Shown: positions 11,507 to 22,871 of the stretch, piece after piece | Layout of the letters: every line of letters starts with the position of its first letter | How positions within the stretch are numbered: the first letter of the stretch is position 1 | Source of the DNA: Escherichia coli | GTDB taxonomy: Bacteria; Pseudomonadota; Gammaproteobacteria; Enterobacterales; Enterobacteriaceae | DNA: 64,000 nt | Strand: one strand, 5' to 3' | Assembly (NCBI RefSeq): GCF_050920415.1 | Contig: NZ_CP169309.1 | The notes under the pieces: model-generated | What the model was told of the DNA's origin: nothing | The model's input: only the letters and a program-made list of their open reading frames with translations | Databases searched by the model: none | Position numbers and translations under genes: made by a program

Positions 11507-13161
11507 TCCGCGCGACCGCGCGCCAGCCACAGCACGCGTGAGAACATTTTTTTCAGCAGCGTCGGTACGGAGTCCACACCACGACGGCCGGCCTCCATTG
11601 CCACTTCAATGGCAAGATCGGGTTTGGAAGAGCGATGGATCGCTTTCGAGATAATTTTACGCAGATTCATCGGCACATTTTCCGGGATCTGCGCCACGCG
11701 GTGGAACACATCGGAAAATCCCTGGCGATACATAAAATGTTCCATATCCAGCGCCGGTAACGCCGTTAAATGTTCTCGTTCGGCTTCCCGATCGTTATTC
11801 AACAGGCTGCGTACCGTAGCGGCATACTTCTTCCCGGCTTCATCGCCATCGACCAGCACATGCCATTCAATCCCCATTCGACGGGCGAATTTAACCAGTG
11901 GCTTTAGCCCGGACTGGGCAAACTCAATGACCTTGATCCCTTCGGCATCAAAATGATGTCCACACTGACGCGCCAGTTCATTGATAACCCAGGTTTCCGT
12001 TTCGCCTTCCACCAGCAGCCAGCAGCGAGCAAACAGCGATGACGGACGATTAAAACGAATGTGGAAAGAGATGCGTCGGCTATCTTCGGTACTCAAGCCA
12101 CTCGGCCCCAGACGCCAGGCGGCAACGCGAGAGGACTCACGTACCAGTCGGCAAACATGCTCTACCGGCGTTAACGAAAGCAACTCACCCGAGTTGGTGG
12201 TGGCAATGCGCTGCAATGGCAGAAGATTCAACAGATGCCAGGCAACTGAAAGCATAATAGGGTGTAAACGCGTTTCTGGATCTTCAATCAGCAATAATGG
12301 ACGTGCGTCTTTATCGAGCCGCAATGTGCCTTTTGCCTGCAATAAAGTAGCAAACAGGCCGAGCAAAATAACCCGATACGAGCGCCCTCCAGGCCGGTCA
12401 ATCATCCGGTTGATGATATCCAGATAGCGCCAGCTTCGTTGCTCATTGCTGGCTCGCCGCCGCATTAAACGATATCGCGCCTGTCCGGCCCCCTGCTCAG
12501 AGAAATAATGCTCAAGCAGTTGCACCATTGCGGAAAGTCCCTGACGAATCTGCCCATCAGAGAGATTTTGCGGATGTGAGGATAACTCACGGGCGAGGAA
12601 ATCGAGCTGGCGCGCGGTGACTTCCACATTAGGGACATTTGGCACCGTGCCGTTACGAATACGGCGCATAAAGCGGGCATCACGCAAGCGCAGCACCGGC
12701 ATTAAACGCACCAGATGGCGTGCCTGATCGTTAATATCCTCGACATCAATCGGATGTCCGTCTTTATCGAGAAAACTGCGGAGTGTCATCACGCTGCCGT
12801 CTTCCGCACTCTCCCCTTCCAGACGATAAAAAATACGGTGATAGCCATCGGTGCATGGCGTCCAGCACGCTTCCAGCGGCCGATAGCGGCGAACCCGATG
12901 TCGGCCTGGCAGAGATTCGCGGAAGGTCAAAATAATATGCAGATGATGTTCTCGCCCGTTGATATCTCCCGGCGGGAACCAGAAATCGTCGCGCTCAAAA
13001 TGGTAGAGATCTGATTCTGGCGATAGCAGCAGAGTTAAGGCGTCCAGCAAGCTGGATTTACCCCACGCGTTCTCCCCAATCAGGACGTTGTTTTGTTCCA
13101 GCATCAACGACAAACGGTTGATACCGCGAAAACCCACAATTTCAACGCGCTCAAGAATCAT
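11503..13161 (-). CDS. ybjD: OLD-family ATPase/nuclease-like protein YbjD
   Basis: 552-aa ORF with N-terminal P-loop LIGENAWGKSSLLDAL; position and length match ybjD. Confidence 0.85.
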   Translation of the reverse strand: MILERVEIVGFRGINRLSLMLEQNNVLIGENAWGKSSLLDALTLLLSPESDLYHFERDDFWFPPGDINGREHHLHIILTFRESLPGRHRVRRYRPLEACWTPCTDGYHRIFYRLEGESAEDGSVMTLRSFLDKDGHPIDVEDINDQARHLVRLMPVLRLRDARFMRRIRNGTVPNVPNVEVTARQLDFLARELSSHPQNLSDGQIRQGLSAMVQLLEHYFSEQGAGQARYRLMRRRASNEQRSWRYLDIINRMIDRPGGRSYRVILLGLFATLLQAKGTLRLDKDARPLLLIEDPETRLHPIMLSVAWHLLNLLPLQRIATTNSGELLSLTPVEHVCRLVRESSRVAAWRLGPSGLSTEDSRRISFHIRFNRPSSLFARCWLLVEGETETWVINELARQCGHHFDAEGIKVIEFAQSGLKPLVKFARRMGIEWHVLVDGDEAGKKYAATVRSLLNNDREAEREHLTALPALDMEHFMYRQGFSDVFHRVAQIPENVPMNLRKIISKAIHRSSKPDLAIEVAMEAGRRGVDSVPTLLKKMFSRVLWLARGRAD

Positions 13162-13586
13162 ATCCCCTCCAGAAATATGTGACTTATCCTTTACGCTGGC
13201 AGTATAACGGGAAAGGCCTTGCTAATACGTGATGACATCACATTTAAGCATGGCAAATGTCTGAAAAATGAGCGAATAATCGCGTTATACTCCCTCTTGC
13301 TGATAAGTCTGCAAAAACAACAAAATCAAATAATTAGCATGATAAATTATTTTTTATTACGCCTAAAGGATTAAATCTTTTGCTTGCACTACACTGTCAA
13401 TCAGACAAATGACTATATGGGGCAACCCGCTGTTGCCCTAAATCAAATTTACTGGATTTATTTATCTGGTGAATGACTCGCCTTCGTTTTTAAAATAGCC
13501 GCGCATTATTTCCGTCGTCACTTTTTTACGACGACCCTATAAAACGACCATATTTTTCACAGGGTCAATTTTTAATTGAGGTGGAT

Positions 13587-14282
13587 ATGTTCAGAAAATT
13601 AGCAGCTGAATGTTTTGGTACTTTCTGGCTTGTTTTTGGTGGCTGTGGTAGTGCCGTACTGGCCGCAGGCTTCCCGGAATTAGGCATTGGTTTTACCGGC
13701 GTAGCGCTGGCATTCGGTTTAACCGTTCTGACGATGGCCTTCGCTGTTGGTCATATTTCTGGTGGTCATTTTAACCCGGCGGTCACTATTGGCTTATGGG
13801 CTGGCGGACGTTTTCCGGCAAAAGAAGTCGTTGGCTACGTAATTGCCCAGGTTGTCGGCGGTATTGTTGCAGCGGCGCTGCTGTATTTAATTGCCAGTGG
13901 TAAAACGGGATTTGACGCGGCAGCCAGCGGTTTTGCTTCTAACGGTTATGGCGAGCATTCACCAGGCGGTTATTCCATGCTTTCCGCGCTGGTGGTTGAA
14001 CTGGTATTGAGTGCAGGTTTCTTGCTGGTGATCCACGGCGCAACCGACAAATTCGCTCCGGCGGGTTTTGCACCAATTGCCATTGGTCTGGCATTAACGC
14101 TGATTCACTTAATCAGTATTCCGGTGACTAACACTTCCGTTAACCCGGCGCGCAGTACTGCGGTTGCCATCTTCCAGGGCGGCTGGGCGTTAGAACAACT
14201 GTGGTTCTTCTGGGTAGTGCCAATTATCGGCGGTATTATCGGTGGTCTGATTTACCGGACTCTGCTGGAAAAGCGTAATTAA
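13587..14282 (+). CDS. aqpZ: Aquaporin Z
   Basis: 231-aa MIP-family protein with two NPA motifs (HFNPAV, SVNPAR); [25 protein letters not shown]... Confidence 0.96.
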   Translation: MFRKLAAECFGTFWLVFGGCGSAVLAAGFPELGIGFTGVALAFGLTVLTMAFAVGHISGGHFNPAVTIGLWAGGRFPAKEVVGYVIAQVVGGIVAAALLYLIASGKTGFDAAASGFASNGYGEHSPGGYSMLSALVVELVLSAGFLLVIHGATDKFAPAGFAPIAIGLALTLIHLISIPVTNTSVNPARSTAVAIFQGGWALEQLWFFWVVPIIGGIIGGLIYRTLLEKRN

Positions 14283-14291
14283 TTAACGCAG

Positions 14292-14320
14292 AAGGCCTGG
14301 CGCAATGTCAGGCCTTTTTT
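14292..14320 (+). terminator. Rho-independent terminator after aqpZ
   Basis: aaggcctg...caggcctt hairpin followed by tttttt. Confidence 0.6.
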
Positions 14321-14379
14321 AAATATATAGATTCATCTTCCTGTTGCGCTCCTTGATGTGTTAAGCCACATATAGTCAC

Positions 14380-14600
14380 TGGCGCAGGGAGCGCGCAGGG
14401 GGCGGCCAATCGCCGCCGCCCCCTGCACCCCCGGGCTCTGGCGAACAAAATCGCCGCTGCGCGGTGCCCTCGACTTATCCCTTGCGGCTACCGGGTCGGG
14501 CGCGAGGTAACATCCCGGTAAAACGCGCCCTCAGCCCACATCCATGTGGGCTGCCCCGGCCTTCAGGGAACGCCTCGGCGATTTTGACGCCACCAACACC
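14380..14600. repeat. GC-rich multi-hairpin intergenic element (possibly a Box C or other small repeat family)
   Basis: Perfect 11-bp inverted repeat cagggggcggc...gccgccccctg, palindrome cccacatccatgtggg, several GC-rich stems; sharp contrast with AT-rich flanks. Confidence 0.45.
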
Positions 14601-14766
14601 GGTGCGGTTTGTAATTAAAGCGCAAGAACATCTTTAAATGAAAATGAATACCCTACCGATCCTTATGCATAACATTTCCTTTTAATTGCAACTTTACTCG
14701 TCCTTCCGCTTTCAGTAGTGTGTCATCGCGCATTTCGACTTATTTCTTTGCAAGGACTGGTTTTTC

Positions 14767-15666
14767 ATGTTTTCTGGGCTGTTAATCATTCTGGTTCCCC
14801 TGATTGTGGGTTACCTCATTCCGCTTCGCCAAAAAGCTGCATTAAAGGTTATTAATCAGCTATTAAGCTGGATGGTTTACCTTATTCTCTTTTTTATGGG
14901 TATCAGTCTGGCGTTTCTCGATAACCTCGCCAGTAACCTGTTGGCGATTCTGCATTATTCCGCCGTCAGTATTACCGTTATTTTACTGTGTAATATTGCC
15001 GCCCTGATGTGGCTGGAGCGAGGCCTACCGTGGCGCAACCACCATCAGCAAGAAAAACTCCCGTCACGTATTGCGATGGCGCTGGAGTCCCTCAAGCTCT
15101 GCGGTGTGGTGGTGATTGGCTTTGCTATTGGCCTTAGCGGATTAGGTTTCTTACAACACGCTACGGAAGCCAGCGAATACACGTTAATTCTGCTACTTTT
15201 CCTCGTCGGTATTCAGTTGCGTAATAATGGCATGACCTTAAAGCAGATTGTCCTTAATCGCCGGGGAATGATTGTCGCTGTGGTGGTGGTGGCCAGTTCT
15301 TTAATTGGTGGTTTAATTAACGCCTTTATTCTTGATCTTCCCATCAATACCGCGCTGGCAATGGCTTCCGGTTTCGGCTGGTATTCTCTTTCCGGTATTT
15401 TATTGACCGAATCTTTTGGTCCGGTAATCGGGAGCGCGGCGTTTTTTAATGATTTGGCCCGTGAGCTGATTGCTATTATGTTGATCCCTGGGCTGATTCG
15501 CCGTAGCCGCTCTACTGCACTGGGCTTATGCGGTGCGACGTCGATGGATTTCACACTGCCCGTTCTTCAACGTACTGGCGGACTGGATATGGTCCCGGCG
15601 GCGATTGTTCACGGTTTTATTCTTAGCCTGTTAGTGCCGATCCTCATCGCCTTTTTCTCTGCGTAA
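14767..15666 (+). CDS. lysO: L-lysine exporter LysO (YbjE)
   Basis: 299-aa polytopic membrane protein; position and length match ybjE/lysO. Confidence 0.88.
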   Translation: MFSGLLIILVPLIVGYLIPLRQKAALKVINQLLSWMVYLILFFMGISLAFLDNLASNLLAILHYSAVSITVILLCNIAALMWLERGLPWRNHHQQEKLPSRIAMALESLKLCGVVVIGFAIGLSGLGFLQHATEASEYTLILLLFLVGIQLRNNGMTLKQIVLNRRGMIVAVVVVASSLIGGLINAFILDLPINTALAMASGFGWYSLSGILLTESFGPVIGSAAFFNDLARELIAIMLIPGLIRRSRSTALGLCGATSMDFTLPVLQRTGGLDMVPAAIVHGFILSLLVPILIAFFSA

Positions 15667-15772
15667 TACCTCTCTGGCGGTAGATCCCTGCCGCCAAAAT
15701 TGCGCTAAATCAATCTCCCTTAAAGTTGCATGAAAAATCCCTTTTATCCCCGCGTTAAGCGTCTTAACCTTA

Positions 15773-15795
15773 AACATGTATATTAAATATAACTT
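15773..15795 (+). promoter_or_regulatory. Candidate NsrR operator in the hcp promoter
   Basis: aacatgtatattaaatataactt, an imperfect inverted repeat resembling the NsrR consensus, about 15 bp upstream of the hcp start. Confidence 0.4.
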
Positions 15796-15809
15796 TAAAA
15801 GGTGTGATC

Positions 15810-17462
15810 ATGTTTTGTGTGCAATGTGAACAAACTATCCGTACTCCGGCAGGAAACGGCTGCTCATACGCGCAGGGGATGTGTGGTAAAACGGCGGAAA
15901 CCTCTGACCTTCAGGATTTACTCATTGCGGCGCTGCAAGGGCTTTCGGCCTGGGCGGTAAAAGCACGTGAATACGGCATCATCAACCACGATGTAGACAG
16001 CTTCGCGCCGCGCGCATTTTTCTCAACCCTGACTAACGTTAACTTCGATTCTCCGCGTATTGTCGGCTACGCTCGTGAAGCAATTGCCCTGCGCGAGGCG
16101 CTGAAAGCACAGTGCCTGGCTGTAGATGCCAACGCCCACGTCGATAACCCGATGGCTGACCTGCAACTGGTGAGTGACGATCTCGGCGAGCTGCAACGTC
16201 AGGCGGCGGAATTTACTCCCAATAAAGATAAAGCGGCGATTGGCGAAAACATTCTCGGCCTGCGTCTGCTCTGCCTGTATGGCCTGAAAGGTGCTGCCGC
16301 CTATATGGAACACGCGCACGTTCTCGGTCAATATGACAACGATATTTACGCCCAGTACCATAAAATCATGGCATGGCTGGGTACCTGGCCTGCCGATATG
16401 AACGCACTTCTCGAGTGCTCCATGGAAATCGGCCAGATGAACTTCAAAGTGATGAGCATTCTGGACGCAGGCGAAACCGGTAAATACGGTCACCCGACGC
16501 CAACTCAGGTCAACGTCAAAGCGACGGCGGGTAAATGCATTCTGATTTCCGGTCACGATCTCAAAGATCTCTACAACTTGCTGGAACAGACCGAAGGCAC
16601 GGGCGTTAATGTCTACACTCACGGCGAAATGCTGCCTGCCCACGGCTACCCGGAGCTGCGTAAATTCAAGCATCTGGTCGGTAACTACGGCAGCGGCTGG
16701 CAGAATCAGCAAGTAGAGTTCGCTCGCTTCCCTGGACCTATCGTGATGACCTCGAACTGCATCATCGACCCAACCGTAGGGGCTTATGACGATCGTATCT
16801 GGACCCGCAGCATCGTTGGCTGGCCGGGTGTGCGTCATCTGGATGGTGATGATTTCTCAGCAGTTATTGCCCAGGCACAACAAATGGCGGGCTTCCCGTA
16901 CAGCGAAATTCCGCACCTGATCACCGTGGGCTTTGGTCGTCAGACGCTGCTTGGCGCGGCGGATACGCTGATTGATCTGGTGAGCCGTGAAAAACTGCGT
17001 CATATCTTCCTGCTCGGTGGCTGTGACGGCGCACGCGGCGAGCGCCACTACTTCACCGATTTCGCCACCAGCGTGCCAGATGACTGCCTGATCCTGACCC
17101 TCGCCTGCGGTAAATATCGCTTTAACAAACTTGAGTTTGGCGATATCGAAGGTCTGCCGCGTCTGGTAGATGCTGGTCAATGTAACGATGCTTACTCAGC
17201 GATTATTCTGGCTGTCACTTTGGCAGAAAAACTGGGCTGCGGTGTCAACGATCTGCCGTTGTCGCTGGTACTCTCCTGGTTCGAACAAAAAGCGATTGTT
17301 ATTCTGCTGACGCTGCTTTCTTTGGGCGTGAAAAATATCGTTACCGGCCCGACTGCACCTGGCTTCCTGACGCCAGACCTGCTGGCGGTACTGAACGAGA
17401 AATTCGGCCTGCGTTCTATCACCACTGTTGAAGAAGACATGAAGCAACTGTTGAGCGCGTAA
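15810..17462 (+). CDS. hcp: Hybrid-cluster protein Hcp
   Basis: 550-aa [31 protein letters not shown]... with the N-terminal Cys cluster. Confidence 0.96.
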   Translation: MFCVQCEQTIRTPAGNGCSYAQGMCGKTAETSDLQDLLIAALQGLSAWAVKAREYGIINHDVDSFAPRAFFSTLTNVNFDSPRIVGYAREAIALREALKAQCLAVDANAHVDNPMADLQLVSDDLGELQRQAAEFTPNKDKAAIGENILGLRLLCLYGLKGAAAYMEHAHVLGQYDNDIYAQYHKIMAWLGTWPADMNALLECSMEIGQMNFKVMSILDAGETGKYGHPTPTQVNVKATAGKCILISGHDLKDLYNLLEQTEGTGVNVYTHGEMLPAHGYPELRKFKHLVGNYGSGWQNQQVEFARFPGPIVMTSNCIIDPTVGAYDDRIWTRSIVGWPGVRHLDGDDFSAVIAQAQQMAGFPYSEIPHLITVGFGRQTLLGAADTLIDLVSREKLRHIFLLGGCDGARGERHYFTDFATSVPDDCLILTLACGKYRFNKLEFGDIEGLPRLVDAGQCNDAYSAIILAVTLAEKLGCGVNDLPLSLVLSWFEQKAIVILLTLLSLGVKNIVTGPTAPGFLTPDLLAVLNEKFGLRSITTVEEDMKQLLSA

Positions 17463-17473
17463 GGAGTTTGTCG

Positions 17474-18442
17474 ATGACGATGCCAACCAATCAATGCCCG
17501 TGGCGGATGCAGGTTCATCACATTACGCAAGAAACGCCGGATGTGTGGACGATTTCCCTGATTTGCCACGATTACTACCCGTATCGCGCCGGGCAATATG
17601 CGCTGGTCAGCGTGCGTAACTCAGCGGAAACGCTGCGTGCTTACACCATTTCCTCCACGCCAGGCGTGAGTGAATACATCACTCTGACCGTGCGACGGAT
17701 TGATGACGGTGTCGGTTCCCAGTGGCTGACCCGCGATGTAAAACGCGGTGACTACCTCTGGCTTTCGGACGCGATGGGGGAATTTACCTGCGACGATAAA
17801 GCAGAAGATAAATTCCTGTTGCTGGCAGCCGGCTGCGGCGTCACACCGATTATGTCGATGCGTCGCTGGCTGGCGAAAAATCGCCCGCAGGCGGATGTGC
17901 AGGTGATCTACAACGTGCGTACGCCGCAGGATGTTATTTTCGCCGATGAATGGCGTGACTATCCGGTGTCACTGGTGGCGGAAAATAACGTTACCGAGGG
18001 TTTCGTTGCCGGGCGTCTGACACGTGAACTGCTGACAAGCGTTCCTGATTTAGCCTCTCGTACTGTGATGACCTGTGGCCCGGCTCCGTATATGGATTGG
18101 GTAGAACAGGAAGTGAAAGCGCTCGGCGTGACGCGTTTCTTTAAAGAGAAGTTCTTTACGCCAGTGGCGGAAGCAGCAACCAGCGGTCTGAAATTCACCA
18201 AACTGCAACCGGCGCAAGAATTTTACGCACCTGTTGGCACCACACTGCTGGAGGCTTTGGAAAGCAACAAAGTTCCGGTTGTCGCCGCCTGCCGTGCAGG
18301 CGTTTGCGGCTGCTGTAAGACGAAAGTAGTTTCCGGTGAATATACGGTGAGTAGCACAATGACGCTGACCGACGCCGAAATCGCAGAAGGTTATGTACTG
18401 GCCTGCTCCTGCCATCCGCAGGGGGATTTGGTTCTCGCATAA
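17474..18442 (+). CDS. hcr: NADH oxidoreductase Hcr (reductase partner of Hcp)
   Basis: 322-aa ORF with C-terminal 2Fe-2S ferredoxin motif CRAGVCGCC; SD aaggag at 17461-17466. Confidence 0.95.
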   Translation: MTMPTNQCPWRMQVHHITQETPDVWTISLICHDYYPYRAGQYALVSVRNSAETLRAYTISSTPGVSEYITLTVRRIDDGVGSQWLTRDVKRGDYLWLSDAMGEFTCDDKAEDKFLLLAAGCGVTPIMSMRRWLAKNRPQADVQVIYNVRTPQDVIFADEWRDYPVSLVAENNVTEGFVAGRLTRELLTSVPDLASRTVMTCGPAPYMDWVEQEVKALGVTRFFKEKFFTPVAEAATSGLKFTKLQPAQEFYAPVGTTLLEALESNKVPVVAACRAGVCGCCKTKVVSGEYTVSSTMTLTDAEIAEGYVLACSCHPQGDLVLA

Positions 18443-18574
18443 TCGTATTATGCCCGATGATATACCTGTCATCGGGCAGTTTAACCGTTAGTGCCTCATT
18501 TTTCTCCCACCCCATCCCCCTCCGTCAGATGAACTAAACTTGTTACCGTTATCACATTCAGGAGATGGAGAACC

Positions 18575-20293
18575 ATGAAACAAACGGTTGCAGCTTATAT
18601 CGCCAAAACACTCGAATCAGCAGGGGTAAAACGCATTTGGGGAGTGACTGGCGACTCTCTGAACGGTCTTAGCGACAGTCTTAATCGCATGGGCACCATC
18701 GAGTGGATGCCCACCCGTCATGAAGAAGTGGCGGCCTTTGCCGCTGGCGCTGAAGCCCAACTTAGCGGAGAACTGGCAGTCTGCGCCGGATCATGCGGAC
18801 CTGGCAACCTGCACTTAATCAACGGTTTGTTCGATTGTCACCGTAATCACGTTCCGGTACTGGCAATTGCCGCTCATATCCCTTCCAGCGAAATTGGCAG
18901 CGGCTATTTCCAGGAAACCCACCCGCAAGAGTTATTCCGCGAATGTAGCCATTATTGCGAGCTGGTTTCCAGCCCGGAGCAGATCCCACAAGTGCTGGCG
19001 ATTGCTATGCGTAAAGCGGTGCTAAACCGTGGCGTTTCCGTTGTCGTGTTACCGGGCGACGTGGCGTTAAAACCGGCTCCGGAAGGGGCAACCACGCACT
19101 GGTATCATGCGCCACAACCAGTCGTCACCCCAGAAGAGGAAGAGTTACGCAAACTGGCGCAACTGCTGCGTTACTCAAGCAATATCGCCCTGATGTGCGG
19201 TAGCGGCTGCGCGGGGGCGCATAAAGAGCTCGTCGAGTTTGCCGGAAAAATTAAAGCGCCAATTGTTCATGCCCTGCGCGGTAAAGAACATGTCGAATAC
19301 GATAATCCGTATGATGTCGGAATGACGGGATTAATCGGCTTCTCGTCAGGTTTTCATACCATGATGAACGCCGACACGTTAGTGCTGCTCGGCACCCAAT
19401 TCCCCTACCGTGCGTTCTACCCGACCGATGCCAAAATTATTCAGATTGATATCCACCCAGCCAGCATCGGCGCACACAGTAAGGTGGATATGGCACTGGT
19501 CGGTGATATCAAATCGACTCTGCGTGCATTGCTGCCTTTAGTGGAAGAAAAAACCGATCGCAAATTTCTGGATAAAGCGCTGGAAGATTACCGCGATGCC
19601 CGCAAAGGGCTGGACGATTTAGCTAAACCGAGTGAGAAAGCGATTCACCCACAATACCTGGCGCAGCAAATTAGCCATTTTGCTGCCGATGACGCCATCT
19701 TTACCTGTGACGTTGGCACACCTACGGTATGGGCGGCACGTTATCTGAAAATGAACGGAAAACGCCGCCTGTTAGGTTCTTTTAACCACGGTTCGATGGC
19801 TAATGCCATGCCTCAGGCGCTGGGCGCGCAGGCAACCGAGCCGGAACGACAGGTGGTCGCCATGTGCGGTGATGGCGGTTTCAGTATGTTGATGGGCGAT
19901 TTTCTCTCAGTGGTACAAATGAAGTTGCCGGTAAAAATTATCGTCTTTAACAATAGTGTGCTGGGCTTTGTGGCGATGGAGATGAAGGCTGGTGGCTACC
20001 TGACTGACGGCACCGAACTGCATGACACCAACTTTGCCCGCATTGCTGAAGCGTGCGGCATTACGGGTATTCGCGTGGAAAAAGCGTCTGAAGTCGATGA
20101 AGCCCTGCAACGCGCATTCTCCATCGACGGCCCGGTGCTGGTGGATGTGGTGGTTGCGAAAGAAGAATTAGCCATTCCGCCGCAGATCAAACTCGAACAA
20201 GCCAAAGGTTTTAGCCTGTATATGCTGCGCGCAATCATCAGCGGACGCGGCGATGAAGTGATCGAACTGGCGAAAACGAACTGGCTAAGGTAA
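18575..20293 (+). CDS. poxB: Pyruvate oxidase (ubiquinone) PoxB
   Basis: 572-aa ThDP/FAD enzyme [32 protein letters not shown]... Confidence 0.97.
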   Translation: MKQTVAAYIAKTLESAGVKRIWGVTGDSLNGLSDSLNRMGTIEWMPTRHEEVAAFAAGAEAQLSGELAVCAGSCGPGNLHLINGLFDCHRNHVPVLAIAAHIPSSEIGSGYFQETHPQELFRECSHYCELVSSPEQIPQVLAIAMRKAVLNRGVSVVVLPGDVALKPAPEGATTHWYHAPQPVVTPEEEELRKLAQLLRYSSNIALMCGSGCAGAHKELVEFAGKIKAPIVHALRGKEHVEYDNPYDVGMTGLIGFSSGFHTMMNADTLVLLGTQFPYRAFYPTDAKIIQIDIHPASIGAHSKVDMALVGDIKSTLRALLPLVEEKTDRKFLDKALEDYRDARKGLDDLAKPSEKAIHPQYLAQQISHFAADDAIFTCDVGTPTVWAARYLKMNGKRRLLGSFNHGSMANAMPQALGAQATEPERQVVAMCGDGGFSMLMGDFLSVVQMKLPVKIIVFNNSVLGFVAMEMKAGGYLTDGTELHDTNFARIAEACGITGIRVEKASEVDEALQRAFSIDGPVLVDVVVAKEELAIPPQIKLEQAKGFSLYMLRAIISGRGDEVIELAKTNWLR

Positions 20294-20330
20294 AAAGGGT
20301 GGCATTTCCTGTCATAAATAAGGACATGCC

Positions 20331-21332
20331 ATGATTGATTTACGCAGTGATACCGTTACCCGACCGAGCCGCGCCATGCTCGAAGCAATGATGGCCGCCC
20401 CGGTTGGGGACGACGTTTACGGAGACGACCCTACCGTTAATGCTCTGCAGGACTATGCGGCAGAGCTTTCCGGGAAAGAAGCCGCCATTTTTCTGCCTAC
20501 CGGCACTCAGGCCAACCTGGTCGCTCTGCTCAGTCACTGCGAACGCGGCGAAGAGTATATTGTCGGGCAGACTGCACATAATTATCTGTACGAAGCCGGC
20601 GGCGCTGCGGTACTGGGCAGCATTCAACCGCAACCTATCGATGCTGACGCCGACGGTACGCTACCGCTGGATAAAGTGGCGATGAAAATCAAACCCGACG
20701 ATATCCACTTTGCCCGCACCAAATTACTCAGTCTGGAAAACACCCACAACGGCAAAGTATTGCCGCGTGAATACTTAAAAGAAGCATGGGATTTTACCCG
20801 CGAGCACAATCTGGCGCTGCATGTTGACGGTGCGCGCATCTTTAATGCCGTGGTGGCTTACGGCTGCGAACTGAAAGAGATCACGCAATATTGTGATTCG
20901 TTCACCATTTGTCTGTCGAAAGGTCTTGGTACGCCAGTCGGTTCATTACTTGTCGGTAATCGTGATTACATTAAACGCGCCATCCGCTGGCGGAAAATGA
21001 CTGGCGGCGGGATGCGTCAATCCGGGATTCTGGCCGCAGCCGGAATGTATGCGCTGAAAAATAACGTTGCACGCTTGCAGGAAGACCACGATAACGCCGC
21101 CTGGATGGCGGAGCAACTGCGTGAAGCAGGCGCGGATGTCATGCGCCAGGACACCAATATGCTGTTTGTCCGCGTCGGACAAGAAAATGCTGCCGCGTTA
21201 GGCGAATACATGAAAGCGAGAAACATACTGATTAACGCCTCGCCGATTGTCCGCCTGGTAACCCATCTCGATGTCTCGCGTGAACAACTGGCAGAAGTCG
21301 CAGCCCACTGGCGCGCTTTCCTGGCGCGTTAA
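20331..21332 (+). CDS. ltaE: Low-specificity L-threonine aldolase
   Basis: 333-aa [36 protein letters not shown]... Confidence 0.95.
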   Translation: MIDLRSDTVTRPSRAMLEAMMAAPVGDDVYGDDPTVNALQDYAAELSGKEAAIFLPTGTQANLVALLSHCERGEEYIVGQTAHNYLYEAGGAAVLGSIQPQPIDADADGTLPLDKVAMKIKPDDIHFARTKLLSLENTHNGKVLPREYLKEAWDFTREHNLALHVDGARIFNAVVAYGCELKEITQYCDSFTICLSKGLGTPVGSLLVGNRDYIKRAIRWRKMTGGGMRQSGILAAAGMYALKNNVARLQEDHDNAAWMAEQLREAGADVMRQDTNMLFVRVGQENAAALGEYMKARNILINASPIVRLVTHLDVSREQLAEVAAHWRAFLAR

Positions 21333-21342
21333 GGAGAGAGAC

Positions 21343-22773
21343 GTGCCGCAACGCATTTTAGTTCTCGGTGCCAGTGGCTACATTGGTCAGCATCTGGTGC
21401 ACGCGCTTAGCCAACAAGGGCATCAGATCCTGGCGGCGGCACGTCACGTCGACAGGCTTGAAAAGCTGCAACTGGCAAACGTCAGTTGCCATAAAGTCGA
21501 TCTCAGCTGGCCGGATAACCTTCCGGCCCTGTTGCAGAATATCGATACCGTCTATTTTCTGGTGCACAGCATGGGCGAAGGCGGCGATTTTATCGCTCAG
21601 GAACGCCAGGTAGCTCTTAACGTCCGCGATGCGCTGCGCGAAGCACCGGTTAAACAATTAATCTTTCTCAGTTCATTGCAGGCCCCGCCTCACGAGCAGT
21701 CGGACCATCTGCGCGCCCGTCAGGCTACGGCGGATATTCTTCGTGAAGCGGGTGTCCCAGTGACCGAATTGCGCGCCGGAATTATCGTTGGTGCAGGTTC
21801 AGCGGCGTTCGAAGTCATGCGCGATATGGTTTACAACCTGCCAGTGTTAACGCCGCCACGCTGGGTTCGTTCACGCACCACGCCCATCGCGCTGGAAAAC
21901 TTGCTGCACTATCTGGTGGCGCTGTTAGATCATCCGGCCAGCGAACACCGCATCTTCGAAGCCGCCGGACCAGAGGTGCTCAGTTATCAGCAACAGTTTG
22001 AACATTTTATGGCGGTGAGCGGTAAGCACCGCTGGTTAATCCCCATCCCCTTTCCCACCCGTTGGATCTCGGTGTGGTTTCTTAATGTGATTACCTCCGT
22101 ACCGTCAACCACCGCCAAAGCGTTGATTCAGGGACTGAAACACGATCTGCTGGCTGATGACACCGCGCTACGTGCACTCATTCCACAACGGCTGATCGCT
22201 TTCGATGACGCGGTACGTCGCACCCTGAAAGAAGAAGAAAAACTGGTCAACTCCAGCGACTGGGGATACGACACTCAGGCCTTTGCCCGCTGGCGACCGG
22301 AGTATGGCTATTTCGCCAAACAGGCAGGGTTTACCGTTAAAACTTCTGCCAGCCTTGCGGCTTTATGGCAGGTGGTGAATCAAATCGGCGGTAAAGAGCG
22401 TTATTTCTTTGGCAATATTTTGTGGCAAACCCGGGCGTTGATGGACCGCGCAATCGGTCATAAGCTGGCGAAAGGCCGCCCGGAGCGTGAATATTTGCAG
22501 ACCGGAGATGCGGTGGATAGCTGGAAAGTGATTGTCGTTGAACCGGAAAAACAACTTACGCTGTTATTTGGCATGAAAGCGCCGGGGCTGGGACGACTGT
22601 GTTTTACCCTGGAAGATAAAGGTGACTATCGTACTATCGATGTTCGCGCATTCTGGCATCCGCACGGTATGCCGGGGCTGTTTTACTGGTTATTGATGAT
22701 CCCCGCGCATCTGTTTATTTTTCGCGGAATGGCAAAACGAATCGCCAGACTGGCAGAACAAAGCACAGATTAA
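21343..22773 (+). CDS. ybjT: NAD(P)-binding Rossmann-fold protein YbjT
   Basis: GTG start at 21343 gives 476 aa, preceded by aaggag; N-terminal [10 protein letters not shown] dinucleotide-binding motif; ORF-track 5' extension overlapping ltaE rejected. Confidence 0.85.
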   Translation: MPQRILVLGASGYIGQHLVHALSQQGHQILAAARHVDRLEKLQLANVSCHKVDLSWPDNLPALLQNIDTVYFLVHSMGEGGDFIAQERQVALNVRDALREAPVKQLIFLSSLQAPPHEQSDHLRARQATADILREAGVPVTELRAGIIVGAGSAAFEVMRDMVYNLPVLTPPRWVRSRTTPIALENLLHYLVALLDHPASEHRIFEAAGPEVLSYQQQFEHFMAVSGKHRWLIPIPFPTRWISVWFLNVITSVPSTTAKALIQGLKHDLLADDTALRALIPQRLIAFDDAVRRTLKEEEKLVNSSDWGYDTQAFARWRPEYGYFAKQAGFTVKTSASLAALWQVVNQIGGKERYFFGNILWQTRALMDRAIGHKLAKGRPEREYLQTGDAVDSWKVIVVEPEKQLTLLFGMKAPGLGRLCFTLEDKGDYRTIDVRAFWHPHGMPGLFYWLLMIPAHLFIFRGMAKRIARLAEQSTD

Positions 22774-22871
22774 TCGACAAAACCTGCGTTATTCTTTCAT
22801 GTTTCCCATTGCATCATGGGGGAAATCACGGAAGAATGCGCACGTCATTTTCTCAACAACAGTGGATTGAT

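Noticed and set aside
15721-15760. FNR-like site ttaagcgtcttaac upstream of hcp
   Set aside because: Half-sites match TTGAT-N4-ATCAA poorly; not called.
16023-16838. 271-aa ORF antisense to hcp
   Set aside because: Shadow ORF inside hcp; no independent start signals.
21271-21342. ORF-track N-terminal extension of ybjT overlapping the end of ltaE
   Set aside because: The extension would overlap ltaE by 62 nt; a GTG at 21343 with an aaggag SD gives the expected protein length.
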